DNA from: a virus
Direction: 5' to 3' (one strand)
Virus record (IMG/VR): IMGVR_UViG_3300009509_000008
Coordinates: 24,032 to 88,031 of that record
Length of the DNA: 64,000 bases
A program made the translations under genes and the position numbers. Shown piece after piece: positions 1-9,056 of the stretch (positions are counted from its first letter, which is position 1; each line of letters starts with the position of its first letter). The notes below the pieces were generated by a model. It worked only from the letters and a program-made list of their open reading frames with translations, made no database searches and was not told the origin of the DNA.

Positions 1-716
1 CTCCAGGTCTTAGGGCTGAACAGTATCGGGAAGGCCGCCATGTTGCTATTGTCCTTGTTGATGTAGAGGAGCACTGTGATGCCTACGTCTATGCACGTCA
101 TATAGGCGTGGACCTGCTTGACGTATGCGGCGTGAGGTCTGGTCAGCGAACGGAATCCCGAGCTCGCTATGGTCTTGAACTCGAAGATGATCCTCAGACG
201 AACCTTGCGTCCGTCGATGGTGAAGGTTCTAGTCATCAACCCATCGGCATGTCCAGCGCACCGCAGCGAGTCGATCACAGCGTTCTCGACCCAGACTTTC
301 CCCTCCTCACCAGTGATGTCTGGAATGTAGGTTGGCTTGAACCCAATCTCGGGAATGAAGTCGTAGCCCTTGTCAGCAGCGTGGGTCATGAACAGGTAGT
401 CGAGCTGGCCATGCACCGCCGTGCCAGTATCGAATACCATCTGCAGTGACTTCTTCTGCTTGGGTACGAAGTCGGCTCCCCAGAGATCTAGGAACAGCTT
501 GAAGTCGCAGTCTCCGCTGAGGCCGGACGGGTGGAAGACCTTCTTCAGTCTCACCCTATTCCAGTCCAACGGCGCACTGTAGAAGATCCTCCTCTTCGAT
601 GCCTCGAGTGACCAGTCCTCCATCTCACGACTGAAGTCATGGTTCTTCAGCCCGTCGATGATATCCTGAGCCCATCCAGACTCTAGGAGATCAGAGATCG
701 TCAAGATTTCTTTCAT
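1..716 (-). CDS. Cas4/RecB-like PD-(D/E)XK exonuclease (3' end beyond window)
   Basis: Not in ORF track; my translation from ATG 716 is open to the edge: MKEILTISD...FHPSGLSGDC...GTAVH...GHADG...FEFKT...QVHAY...LYINKDN, matching RecB/Cas4-family motifs. Confidence 0.8.
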   Translation of the reverse strand, partial: MKEILTISDLLESGWAQDIIDGLKNHDFSREMEDWSLEASKRRIFYSAPLDWNRVRLKKVFHPSGLSGDCDFKLFLDLWGADFVPKQKKSLQMVFDTGTAVHGQLDYLFMTHAADKGYDFIPEIGFKPTYIPDITGEEGKVWVENAVIDSLRCAGHADGLMTRTFTIDGRKVRLRIIFEFKTIASSGFRSLTRPHAAYVKQVHAYMTCIDVGITVLLYINKDNSNMAAFPILFSPKTW

Positions 717-1035
717 CGATCAACTCCGTAAAGTCGTCCCACAACACCACTGCAACCTCGTATTTGGGTAGTCCAATACGGATCACTGGATTGCGTCCAG
801 TCTTGTGAGCTTGGTGTAGTGCCTTGTCGATCATTTCCTGTGTAACGCTGAAGCGTTTGGCCCTGACCGTGAACTTGTCCTCGACCATCCACAGCTCATT
901 GCGAGCGTCGCCCTTTGCTATACCAGATCCAGATCCGGAAACACGACCCCCGCTTATGTCTCTACCGGCCTTCTCCTCCCGTCTGCGAGATGTCTTATTG
1001 ATCGACCGCTTCTTGCCCTTCTTGCCGAGTGTCAT
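691..1035 (-). CDS. Holliday junction resolvase-like PD-(D/E)XK nuclease
   Basis: RRREEK...SGSG...KGD...VEDK motif order typical of Hjc-like phage resolvases; ATG 1035 overlaps the recA stop (ATGA). Confidence 0.65.
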   Translation of the reverse strand: MTLGKKGKKRSINKTSRRREEKAGRDISGGRVSGSGSGIAKGDARNELWMVEDKFTVRAKRFSVTQEMIDKALHQAHKTGRNPVIRIGLPKYEVAVVLWDDFTELIDERNLDDL

Positions 1036-2252
1036 AGCGTGTGGATGCACTTCACATCAGCTTTGCGCATGATCGACCAGTAGATGGCATCGAAGAAGTC
1101 CTGGTCAAGAAGTGCCCTTTCTTGGAGATCGCTGAAGTCGCCAGTACCAGACTCTAGTTGATCTCCTGAGTCCGAATAGATGTAGTACGTGACGGTCTCG
1201 GTCTTCTTACTCTGCCGGATGTGTATGATGTCGTGGTTCATCGCTGTAGTGATCAGATCACCATAGATGTTGAATCCATGAGCGAAGTAGTACGGTATCT
1301 CCCCGTACGGACCCTCGTGACACCCAGCCTTTCCCTTCTCGATGATCCACCGAACATCCTTGCCGATGGGCTTGTAGCCGTCCTTTCGCTTCCGAGTCTC
1401 CTTGCCAGTGGGCGTGAGCCAGATCTTTGTTCCAGCCATGAGGGTGATGTCAACGAGCTTCCCGTGCCGAATCGCATAGGCCCCACCCACACGCCACTCT
1501 CGGTCGAACGAGCTGCGCTTGGCACGGTTCCCACGAACCTGATTGATTATGATCATGGTGGTCAGGTTGAGCTTGCCGTCGTAGGAGTTGCCGTAGGCGT
1601 GCCACAGTTTCTTCTGGAACTCTGTGACGAGTCGGGCCTCGGCGGACTGTTGCGGCTCGTCGTCCAGGTCAGTCTTCTCTCGCTCGTCGGAGACGATGGC
1701 GGCGACACTGTCCACAACGATGACCTGGCATTGGTTCTCACGAACAAGCTCTACGGCGGCCTGAAGCTTCTCGGCTGACGAGCCCTCCTCGGCGATGACG
1801 AATTCACCGAGCTCGATCTTGCGCTTGGCTATCTGCTCCTTTGTCAGCTTCTTCCGGCCGTGCTTCTCCAAGTAGACGTTCTCCATCATGAGCTCGTAGT
1901 CACTCGATGGGACCACGACCCCATTGATGCGAGCGTGCCGCTTGTCGTAGGCGATCTCCGTCCAGATCCAAGCGACTCGAGAGGCCTCCCCATAGATCTG
2001 TTGACAGGCGGCGATGACCCTGTTGCACAGCGCATTCTTCCCAATACCAGCGGGGGCGGCGACCTGAGATACCCCGCCAGCTGGGAAGCCTCCGCCAGTT
2101 GCTACGTCGATGCTAGCTGCCATGGTAGGCCGCCGGAGCAGGAACGGGTTCGAGGCGTCTCGAGCTCGTTTCAGGATAGGGCGCTTGTAGTGCTTCTCGA
2201 TGCGCTCGACACACGCACCGAGAGCGCTAGTGTCCTTCTTCTTCTTTGGCAT
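1032..2252 (-). CDS. recA: RecA/UvsX-like recombinase
   Basis: SIDVATGGGFPAG, P-loop APAGIGKN, VIVVDSVAA, AEARL, IIINQVR, GGAYA, IEKGK; RBS GAGGAG before ATG 2252. Confidence 0.9.
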   Translation of the reverse strand: MPKKKKDTSALGACVERIEKHYKRPILKRARDASNPFLLRRPTMAASIDVATGGGFPAGGVSQVAAPAGIGKNALCNRVIAACQQIYGEASRVAWIWTEIAYDKRHARINGVVVPSSDYELMMENVYLEKHGRKKLTKEQIAKRKIELGEFVIAEEGSSAEKLQAAVELVRENQCQVIVVDSVAAIVSDEREKTDLDDEPQQSAEARLVTEFQKKLWHAYGNSYDGKLNLTTMIIINQVRGNRAKRSSFDREWRVGGAYAIRHGKLVDITLMAGTKIWLTPTGKETRKRKDGYKPIGKDVRWIIEKGKAGCHEGPYGEIPYYFAHGFNIYGDLITTAMNHDIIHIRQSKKTETVTYYIYSDSGDQLESGTGDFSDLQERALLDQDFFDAIYWSIMRKADVKCIHTL

Positions 2253-2403
2253 CTGGTCTCTCCTCGAACGGCTCCGATCCGCAGTTTGGGCACACAGGAG
2301 GGTGTCCTCGGGTAGGAGCTCCACAAGCTGGACACTTCCCCTTCTCCGCTGCAGTCTTGACCGTTGGGTCGTCCTCGTTGGGCTTGTAGCCGTGCTTATC
2401 CAT
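2227..2403 (-). CDS. 58-aa zinc-ribbon protein
   Basis: Below track cutoff: MDKHGYKPNEDDPTVKTAAEKGKCPACGAPTRGHPPVCPNCGSEPFEERPDAKEEEGH; RBS AAAGGAG; fills the HU-recA gap. Confidence 0.7.
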   Translation of the reverse strand: MDKHGYKPNEDDPTVKTAAEKGKCPACGAPTRGHPPVCPNCGSEPFEERPDAKEEEGH

Positions 2404-2722
2404 CGATATCTCCTTTCTTCTCGTAGTGAATGAAGGCCCTGGCGGCTCGCTTGAACGTCTTACTCATCCGGAAATTGATCTTCATGTACGGTCTCGAGTT
2501 GACCATCTTCTTGCTCTGCTGACTCCAGCTCTGATGAGACGGGAAGTACTGCGGCTCTAACGTTCCAAACTCGTTCAGCTTGATCTTCTCTCCGTGAATC
2601 AGGCAGTCCTTCATGGCGAGGAACGTCAGCTTCACGACCTCGAGCACCAGGCGCTTAGGGATCTTCTTGTATCTATTCGGGAGGTTGTCGTAGACAACCA
2701 GTGCTAGTTCGACTCTTGTCAT
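2396..2722 (-). CDS. HU/IHF-family DNA-binding protein
   Basis: MTRVEL...GEKIKLNEFGTL...KINFRMSKTFK matches the HU/IHF pattern. Confidence 0.85.
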   Translation of the reverse strand: MTRVELALVVYDNLPNRYKKIPKRLVLEVVKLTFLAMKDCLIHGEKIKLNEFGTLEPQYFPSHQSWSQQSKKMVNSRPYMKINFRMSKTFKRAARAFIHYEKKGDIDG

Positions 2723-4755
2723 TTTGCCTCAACCCAGTTGTCGCCTACGCCGGGAGCGGCCTTCAACGGAACACGCAGGTTGATCCCAGGGTGCTCCATG
2801 TCTTCTTGAATGATTGGGCACGCTGCCTCGACGTTCTCCTCGGGGCACTCGAATACCAGCTCATCGTGGATCTGCAGAAGCATCTTCACTCCGAGCTCAC
2901 GAAGCCTCTCATCGAAGAAGCACTTGATCATAGCGCACATCACGATGTCTGCTGCAGTTCCCTGAATGATAGTGTTGACTGAACGTCTCTCACCATCTCT
3001 TGAGGACTTGCAGTCGTTACACCAACATAGGTCACGCCGACCATTGGAGCTGCTCAGCTCACGCTGAATGTGCTCCATCTTCTCGCTCCACTCCATGATT
3101 TGGCGGAGCCACCTACGGCGCCCAAGGAAGGTCTCGACGTACTTCGTGTCGGCCACCCTTCGATACGTTCCCTTGATGAACTTGGCGGCACCAGGAATCT
3201 TGGAGAAGTACGTGTCGATCAGCGCCTGGGCCTCGGCCTTTGCCGTGCGGCGGATATCCCAGTCGCTCCACTCGGGGTGCTCCTTCTCGATACGCTCGAA
3301 GAACCCAAGCTCCCGAGCCAAGCTGTTGGCAGCTTTGCCGTAGTTGAGGCCGAAGCCTACAACCTTGACCTTGTTCCGAAGGTCCCGGAGATACCAGGCC
3401 CGGTCGTCGTTCCAGTCCTTGTCCTTCTTTGCTCGAGCGACATCGGCGTAGGGCTCGCCCCAGACCAGCTCCACGTTGCCTGTGTGGATATCCTTGCCGG
3501 CCATGATGTTGCCGATGAGGCCCTTGTCCTTTGAGAAGTGGGCCAGGATGAACATCTCCAGCTGATCGTAGTCGCAGACTATGATCTTGTACCCCGGTCT
3601 GGCGATGAACGCTCGGCGGATATCGAAGTCCTTCCGTGGTCTCGGCTGGTTCTGGAGATTCGGATCTCTGGACGACAGGCGTCCAGTATCGGCTACATGT
3701 TGGTGGAACGTGGTATGTATTCGCCCGTTCTTGTCGACACGCTCCATCAAGCCAATGACGTAGGTGCCCAACAACTTTGCGAGCTCACGGTACTTGAGGA
3801 TCAGTTTGGCCTCCTCGACACCGTCTTCTGCGTGCTGTTTCAGCACTGTCTCGTTGAGCGATGGGCTCTTCTTGCCCGATGACCCGCCGGTGGTCCATGC
3901 GATGGGCTCGAGTCCCATGTCTTCGTAAAACAACTTCCCCAGTTGTTTGGTGGAACCTGGATTGATCGGCTTTCCGATCATCCTGTTGAGCGCCCAGTTG
4001 ATATCGGCGAGCTCCTTGGCCAACACAGGCTCGATTTCACCGAGGTACTTGAGATCGAGCTGGCAGCCGTTGCGCTCCATCTCGAAAAGCACCTTGGTCA
4101 TGGGAACTTCGTACATGAGGAACAGATCCCATAGGCTGTACCCACGGTCCGTCACCACCCCCATCAGCTGCTTGCGCAGCCGCTTGAAGAGGCGAAAGAC
4201 TCCCCAGGCGTCAAGGCTCGCATAGTCGATTACCCTGTCGGGGTCACGATCCCACGCCTCGAGCATGATCTCTTGAAGTGACCTCTTTGGTGGCTTGCGG
4301 AACTTGCCCCGCTTGTCCTTCGGGTAGAAGGTCTCTGGAAACGTCCGCATCCTCTCGTTGAACTCCCGCTCGTAGGCCTCCTTCAAGCCGTGGTCTTGAT
4401 CTGGATCGAGAAGTCGGTCCATCACGAGGGTGTCCATCATGCTACCGGCGATGTGAATCCCGCTATTGGCGCACATGTGGAAGTCGAATTTGATCTGCGA
4501 TCCGATCCACATCTTGTCCTTGTCCTCGAAGATCTCCTTGAACATGTGGAGCTTGTCGGCCTCGAGGAAGTATCGATCAGGCCCCGTGCTCAGGGACCAG
4601 AAGATGACGTAGTCGGTATCGATGCGGATTCCAGTCGTCTCAGTGTCGAGAGCCAGCACATCCTTGTCTCGGCACAGGTTGATCAGCTTCTGGACTTGTT
4701 TCTTGGTCTTGATCCATATTGGTTCTGGGCGCTTCAGTCCCCATGCTAGTTTCAC
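2719..4755 (-). CDS. polA: Family A DNA polymerase (3'-5' exo + polymerase, no 5' nuclease domain)
   Basis: ALDTETTG, YASLDA, TGRLSSRDPNLQN, motif A DYDQLE, motif B R...KVVGFGLNYG, NTIIQGTAAD, motif C QIHDEL. Confidence 0.97.
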   Translation of the reverse strand: MKLAWGLKRPEPIWIKTKKQVQKLINLCRDKDVLALDTETTGIRIDTDYVIFWSLSTGPDRYFLEADKLHMFKEIFEDKDKMWIGSQIKFDFHMCANSGIHIAGSMMDTLVMDRLLDPDQDHGLKEAYEREFNERMRTFPETFYPKDKRGKFRKPPKRSLQEIMLEAWDRDPDRVIDYASLDAWGVFRLFKRLRKQLMGVVTDRGYSLWDLFLMYEVPMTKVLFEMERNGCQLDLKYLGEIEPVLAKELADINWALNRMIGKPINPGSTKQLGKLFYEDMGLEPIAWTTGGSSGKKSPSLNETVLKQHAEDGVEEAKLILKYRELAKLLGTYVIGLMERVDKNGRIHTTFHQHVADTGRLSSRDPNLQNQPRPRKDFDIRRAFIARPGYKIIVCDYDQLEMFILAHFSKDKGLIGNIMAGKDIHTGNVELVWGEPYADVARAKKDKDWNDDRAWYLRDLRNKVKVVGFGLNYGKAANSLARELGFFERIEKEHPEWSDWDIRRTAKAEAQALIDTYFSKIPGAAKFIKGTYRRVADTKYVETFLGRRRWLRQIMEWSEKMEHIQRELSSSNGRRDLCWCNDCKSSRDGERRSVNTIIQGTAADIVMCAMIKCFFDERLRELGVKMLLQIHDELVFECPEENVEAACPIIQEDMEHPGINLRVPLKAAPGVGDNWVEAK

Positions 4756-5051
4756 TACAGCCTCCTGAATGTGAAGTGGCTGGGTCCACGCTCGATGAGT
4801 TCTCGAGCTATGACGCCCATGTCCTTGTGTGAGTAGCTGATGGAGATCCCGAGCTCGGCTTTGATGGTTCCATCACGATGACCGTAGGCCAGAGCCGAGC
4901 ACAGGTCCTCGTGCTCGAGCAGGAGACGCAGTGCTCTTCGATAAGCCTTGCGACTCTCCAGCTTTCCCACGAGCGGCCTGAGCTCAGCCCTAACCTCGGT
5001 CAACCGAGTCTTGTGGGCAAGGACCGCATCAGCATGCTTGGTCCATCCCAT
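4755..5051 (-). CDS. hypothetical protein
   Basis: Tightly packed 98-aa ORF in the operon. Confidence 0.6.
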   Translation of the reverse strand: MGWTKHADAVLAHKTRLTEVRAELRPLVGKLESRKAYRRALRLLLEHEDLCSALAYGHRDGTIKAELGISISYSHKDMGVIARELIERGPSHFTFRRL

Positions 5052-5055
5052 CGAT

Positions 5056-6177
5056 CTACTCGTTATCGTCGTCCCAGTCGTCTCCGCCCTTGGTATCCTT
5101 CCCGCCCTTCTTGAAGGGGTTAGTGATGTTGAGGCGTGCAGCCTGCTCGTCGGGATCGAGGACCTTGTACGACCAGAGCTTGTTCCAGTCGAACGGCTTC
5201 ATTTGGTCCTTGATCTTCGCTGCCAACTTCACAGAGATTGGCTCGCAGTCGGAGATCTGAAGCACGGACTGTTTCCCAGTACCAGACATGTAGATCTCCA
5301 TCACGGAGTTCCACAGTGTGAGCGGCCTCGGCTTGCTGCAGCTGTCGCACTGCGAGTACTCGACGAGCATTCCTTCGTGCCCACAGTGCGGACACTCATG
5401 CTCGTCCTCTCGCAGGCTCTTGAGCTCACCCTTCTCCTCGAGCGGATCGGACTCAAGGTCACGCACGGCCTCCTCGCACTCGGAGCACAAGAAGGCTCTC
5501 GGCTTGATCTTGCCTCCGCAGGCGCAGTTGCGACCAAGGACGTTCACCTCGAGGTTCACCAGCTGCTCGGTGTGCATGGGTCCGAGCTCCCAGTACATGC
5601 GTCGTCCGTAGACTCTGTCGATGCCCTTCTTGCAGTATCGACACCTCTTTCCACGGCACTTCTTCATCTCTTTGACGGTGATGGTGCCGTTCTTCGCCTT
5701 GCGGCTCTTGCTCTCCTTCTCGACCTCGACCTCGTGATACCAGCCGAGCAGGAGGATGTTGAAGAGGTGGACCTTCCGGAGGTTGATGTACTCTGCTCCC
5801 GAGTCGATTTCGTAGCAGGGGGCGCACGTTCCCGTACCCTCGACGATGATCCAGTCGCCGTCCTCGACGTCCTCACGTTTTAGTCCTGCTGTGCACCGGC
5901 AGCTCCGCTTCGCCGTGGCGTTGAAGTGGGTGTGAAGTATCCCATAGTCACGCTCGATGATCTGGTCCTTCTTCCCTTCACGCTCGAGCTTCATCTTGTA
6001 GGGCTCGTCAGGCCGGTACATGACGACTCGTGCGGGTTCCTCCTCGGCCGACGGCGGCTTGAACTGGTCGTCGAATCCTCCGCCTCCTCCCTTCTTCTTC
6101 TTCTGCTTCATGCTCTGTCGGAGCTGGCTGCTAGCACGTACTCCCTGGCTGAACTGCCCGAACTTGTCCTTAGCCAT
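5056..6177 (-). CDS. putative single-stranded DNA-binding protein with multiple Zn ribbons
   Basis: Between primase and polymerase; H..CxC..CxxC plus several CxxC pairs; acidic tail DDWDDDNE. Function is inferred. Confidence 0.55.
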   Translation of the reverse strand: MAKDKFGQFSQGVRASSQLRQSMKQKKKKGGGGGFDDQFKPPSAEEEPARVVMYRPDEPYKMKLEREGKKDQIIERDYGILHTHFNATAKRSCRCTAGLKREDVEDGDWIIVEGTGTCAPCYEIDSGAEYINLRKVHLFNILLLGWYHEVEVEKESKSRKAKNGTITVKEMKKCRGKRCRYCKKGIDRVYGRRMYWELGPMHTEQLVNLEVNVLGRNCACGGKIKPRAFLCSECEEAVRDLESDPLEEKGELKSLREDEHECPHCGHEGMLVEYSQCDSCSKPRPLTLWNSVMEIYMSGTGKQSVLQISDCEPISVKLAAKIKDQMKPFDWNKLWSYKVLDPDEQAARLNITNPFKKGGKDTKGGDDWDDDNE

Positions 6178-7184
6178 CGTTCATACCTCATCCGTGTTTG
6201 GAATACCTTCGTGAGCCCGTATCCGCTCAGGTAGTCCGGTTGTTTGAAAAACGGGTGCCACGGTTGACACACGTTCACATCCAGTGATTTGGACAGCCAC
6301 TGTCCGATACGATAGGTGGCCATCCGCCCAGGCTTATCATTGTCTAAGAAGAGAGTGACAGAACTGGTCATCCTCCGGACGATGTCTGCTTGGGTCTTCG
6401 TGATACTCGAGCCCATGAGAGCAACTACGTTGGTCCACCCGTGCTGGATCAACCAGATGCAGGCTTTGAATCCCTCTACTATGATGAGCTCGAACTCCTT
6501 AGCTGTGTTGGCGTGGAGCACCTCGGGGTAGACACGATGCGCATTCCACAGGAAGTTATGACTCTTGATCTCGTATCCTGGGAATTGATCATCAAAGAAC
6601 TCCCCGAAGTCTCCGACTAAGCCTCTCTTTCCTCCTCGATACACCTTATACCGAGGCTCGTCCCCGATCACCGTTCTCCCTGACACACCAACAAGATTGC
6701 CGTACAGGTCACGAATCGGGTACGTGATCCGATCTTTGCCCTTGTCGTATCCAATTTCGAGTTGACGTAGGACCTTCGGATCGAAGTCCTTGGAGACTAG
6801 ATCACGTGGCTTGAAGTCAAAGGTTCCGAGTACTGTCTCTGGAATGATGATATCGCTCCGAAATGGATTCCCGGTCTTGAACCTATATCGCTCTTCTCGC
6901 TTGGCTCGCTCTTTGTGTTCTTGGAGATCCTCCCTCAGTGGTCCGAGTAGGGCCTCTATTCGGCTGCGGCTCAGCCCCACAAAGCGGAGGAAGTCTGCCA
7001 GACCTCCTTTGAGCCCACACCCGTGACAGAACCACAGTCCGTTCTCCGTGTTGATGGCAAAGCTGGGCTTGCTATCATCATGGAACGGGCACCTAGCCAT
7101 GATGTTGTTGTGCCCGCTGGACTTTATGTTTCCGCTCAGGTGTGGGGACACGAGGTCAAATATTGGACCAGTGCCCCTTCCCAT
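6108..7184 (-). CDS. dnaG: DnaG-type primase
   Basis: CHC2 finger CPFHDDSKPSF...CHGC, RITYPI, GVSGR, TOPRIM IIVEGF...FLDNDKPG. Confidence 0.93.
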   Translation of the reverse strand: MGRGTGPIFDLVSPHLSGNIKSSGHNNIMARCPFHDDSKPSFAINTENGLWFCHGCGLKGGLADFLRFVGLSRSRIEALLGPLREDLQEHKERAKREERYRFKTGNPFRSDIIIPETVLGTFDFKPRDLVSKDFDPKVLRQLEIGYDKGKDRITYPIRDLYGNLVGVSGRTVIGDEPRYKVYRGGKRGLVGDFGEFFDDQFPGYEIKSHNFLWNAHRVYPEVLHANTAKEFELIIVEGFKACIWLIQHGWTNVVALMGSSITKTQADIVRRMTSSVTLFLDNDKPGRMATYRIGQWLSKSLDVNVCQPWHPFFKQPDYLSGYGLTKVFQTRMRYERWLRTSSGSSAREYVLAASSDRA

Positions 7185-8641
7185 TACACGTCGTACTCCT
7201 CATCGTCGTCGATGTCGTCTTCGAGCTCGATATCGTCAAAGTCACTTTCGTGCTCCTTCAATATCTTTTTCAGCTTGCCCTGCTTCTTCTTACGCTCTTC
7301 TCCAAGAGAGCCGGGCGTCTTACCGCTGACTCCCTGGGGTGGTCCCTTGCGTCGATCTGCTCGCTTGATCCATCCGCCCCACTTCCACGAGGTTGACGGG
7401 ATGACCAGCAGGTCAAATCCGTCGGTCTTGATCTCACGAGCACCAGCTATCCAGGCTGAGAGGCTGACACGTCCTTGGTCGTCAGTTCCGTTCTTGACTA
7501 TCTTCAGACCAAGGTCAGCCTCTTGACCGGCCGCATCAGTGTAGGAGATGTCCTCCATCCCCTCAATGGCATCGTCGCCTTTGTCTCGGTTCTTTTGCGT
7601 TATGCCTATGATTGGAACCTGTAGTCGCTGAGCAGCGTGCTTCAGGTCCTGTGTGATCGCCGCTTGGACTTCCCACTTCATCGAGCGCCTTCCAGTGCGG
7701 TCGTCCCTCATTCTGTAGAACGAGTCTGCGATGATGAGGTGCGGCTCGAACTGCTCGGCCTTTGCAATGAGATGCCCTACCCCGCCACCAGCTGGGTCCT
7801 CCTTGTCGGATGTGATCAGGAATGACCTCTTGTGGGTCTTGGTGGCATTCTTCTTCTCTTCCGCCTTGAGATACTTCAACCGCTTGAAGTACGCCTGCCT
7901 TTGCTCCTTTGGCAGCTTTGCCCGACGCAGCTGGTCATAGTCCAGGTTGCACAATGTAGCTGCGACCCGTCGACGCAGTTGCTCTGGCGACATCTCACAG
8001 GAGTAAAACATCACCCGGCGGTTTCCGACCTCGTAGGCGTGTGTGGCGATCTTGATGCCGACCCACGTCTTCATCGACTTGAGCCGGCCGTAGAGGACAA
8101 TGAACTCTTCGGGGAGCATGCCCTGGGTTTGGATGTTCAGCTCCTCCCAGGGCCAGGGCACCCCAAGGATACCCTTGGCCTTCGCTATGCGCTTGTACTC
8201 GCTGATGAGCTCCCCGGCTGACTCAGCCAGGATGACATCCCGGCTGTGCGGCACCATGATCTGTGCCTCTATCAGCTTCGCCCGCATCAGTGCTATGGCC
8301 TCATATGGACCGTCGCCCTCGAGCACCTGTGAGATCTCCTCGAGAGAGTTTCCGATCTTTCGAGTCATCGACTTCTTTCGGAGAATCTCACAGAGCTCGG
8401 CGACGGACTCTCGGCTCTTTGGATATTCAAACGACGGAAAGCGCTCCTTCATCCATCTTCGAGTTGGAGTCTTTCCAAAGTGGGCTCCGTCGTTGTAGTA
8501 CTCACGGATGGCCTTGAACATCTGTCGGGTATCGGCAGATTTGAACATAGAGATCGTGATCCGAGCCTTCTGCACAGATCTGAAGTTCCCAGTTCTTACG
8601 ATCTTTGCGATGAGCCTATGTTCAACATTCATCGGGCTCAC
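7184..8641 (-). CDS. dnaB: DnaB-like SF4 replicative helicase
   Basis: GVPWPWEELN..TQG, GRLKSMKT, SCEMS, IIADSFY, LKHAAQRLQVPIIGITQKNR; start may be 8632. Confidence 0.9.
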   Translation of the reverse strand: MSPMNVEHRLIAKIVRTGNFRSVQKARITISMFKSADTRQMFKAIREYYNDGAHFGKTPTRRWMKERFPSFEYPKSRESVAELCEILRKKSMTRKIGNSLEEISQVLEGDGPYEAIALMRAKLIEAQIMVPHSRDVILAESAGELISEYKRIAKAKGILGVPWPWEELNIQTQGMLPEEFIVLYGRLKSMKTWVGIKIATHAYEVGNRRVMFYSCEMSPEQLRRRVAATLCNLDYDQLRRAKLPKEQRQAYFKRLKYLKAEEKKNATKTHKRSFLITSDKEDPAGGGVGHLIAKAEQFEPHLIIADSFYRMRDDRTGRRSMKWEVQAAITQDLKHAAQRLQVPIIGITQKNRDKGDDAIEGMEDISYTDAAGQEADLGLKIVKNGTDDQGRVSLSAWIAGAREIKTDGFDLLVIPSTSWKWGGWIKRADRRKGPPQGVSGKTPGSLGEERKKKQGKLKKILKEHESDFDDIELEDDIDDDEEYDV

Positions 8642-8957
8642 CCACCGGGGTTACCCTGACGAGGTTGCCTTTGAACAACACAGACGGTCTTCCGTCGGGC
8701 AGTGTCACCGACAACGTCCACTTCCCAACCTTGTCTAGAACGCAACTCTGTATGCGCTCAGCGTTCACATCGATGACTGTGACTGCTCGGCCGACGTATG
8801 ACATCAGCTCTCGTGTATCGACTTTCGATCCTAGTAACTCGTGGAGCTGACGTAGCTCCTTGGCCTGCTCTGCTACTCGCTCTTCGAGGAACTGAATCCT
8901 CTTGTTCGTGCGAGACGAACCCTGTGGGCGTGGTGGCCCATCGTTCCGTTTACCCAT
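8622..8957 (-). CDS. coiled-coil + Sm/Hfq-like domain protein
   Basis: RBS GGAGGT before ATG 8957; C-half VTVIDVNAERIQSCVLDKVGKWTLSVTLPDGRPSVLFKGNLVRVTP aligns by eye with the Hfq core. Confidence 0.55.
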   Translation of the reverse strand: MGKRNDGPPRPQGSSRTNKRIQFLEERVAEQAKELRQLHELLGSKVDTRELMSYVGRAVTVIDVNAERIQSCVLDKVGKWTLSVTLPDGRPSVLFKGNLVRVTPVGEPDEC

Positions 8958-8976
8958 GACACCTCCGAGACCCTTC

Positions 8977-9005
8977 AGCCTACCACAGGGCCGAAAGGCG
9001 ATCAA
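8977..9005 (-). promoter_or_regulatory. sigma70-like promoter
   Basis: TTGATC-N17-TAGGCT with extended -10 TG, in the intergenic gap upstream of the Hfq-like/helicase genes. Confidence 0.5.
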
Positions 9006-9056
9006 TTCCCGCTATATAGGGGTATTCACTGAAGTCCACTACCACATCTTGTGGCT

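Noticed and set aside
1-716. Cas4-like gene as evidence of CRISPR-Cas
   Set aside because: No repeat-spacer array or other cas genes seen; solo Cas4/RecB nucleases are common in phage replication modules
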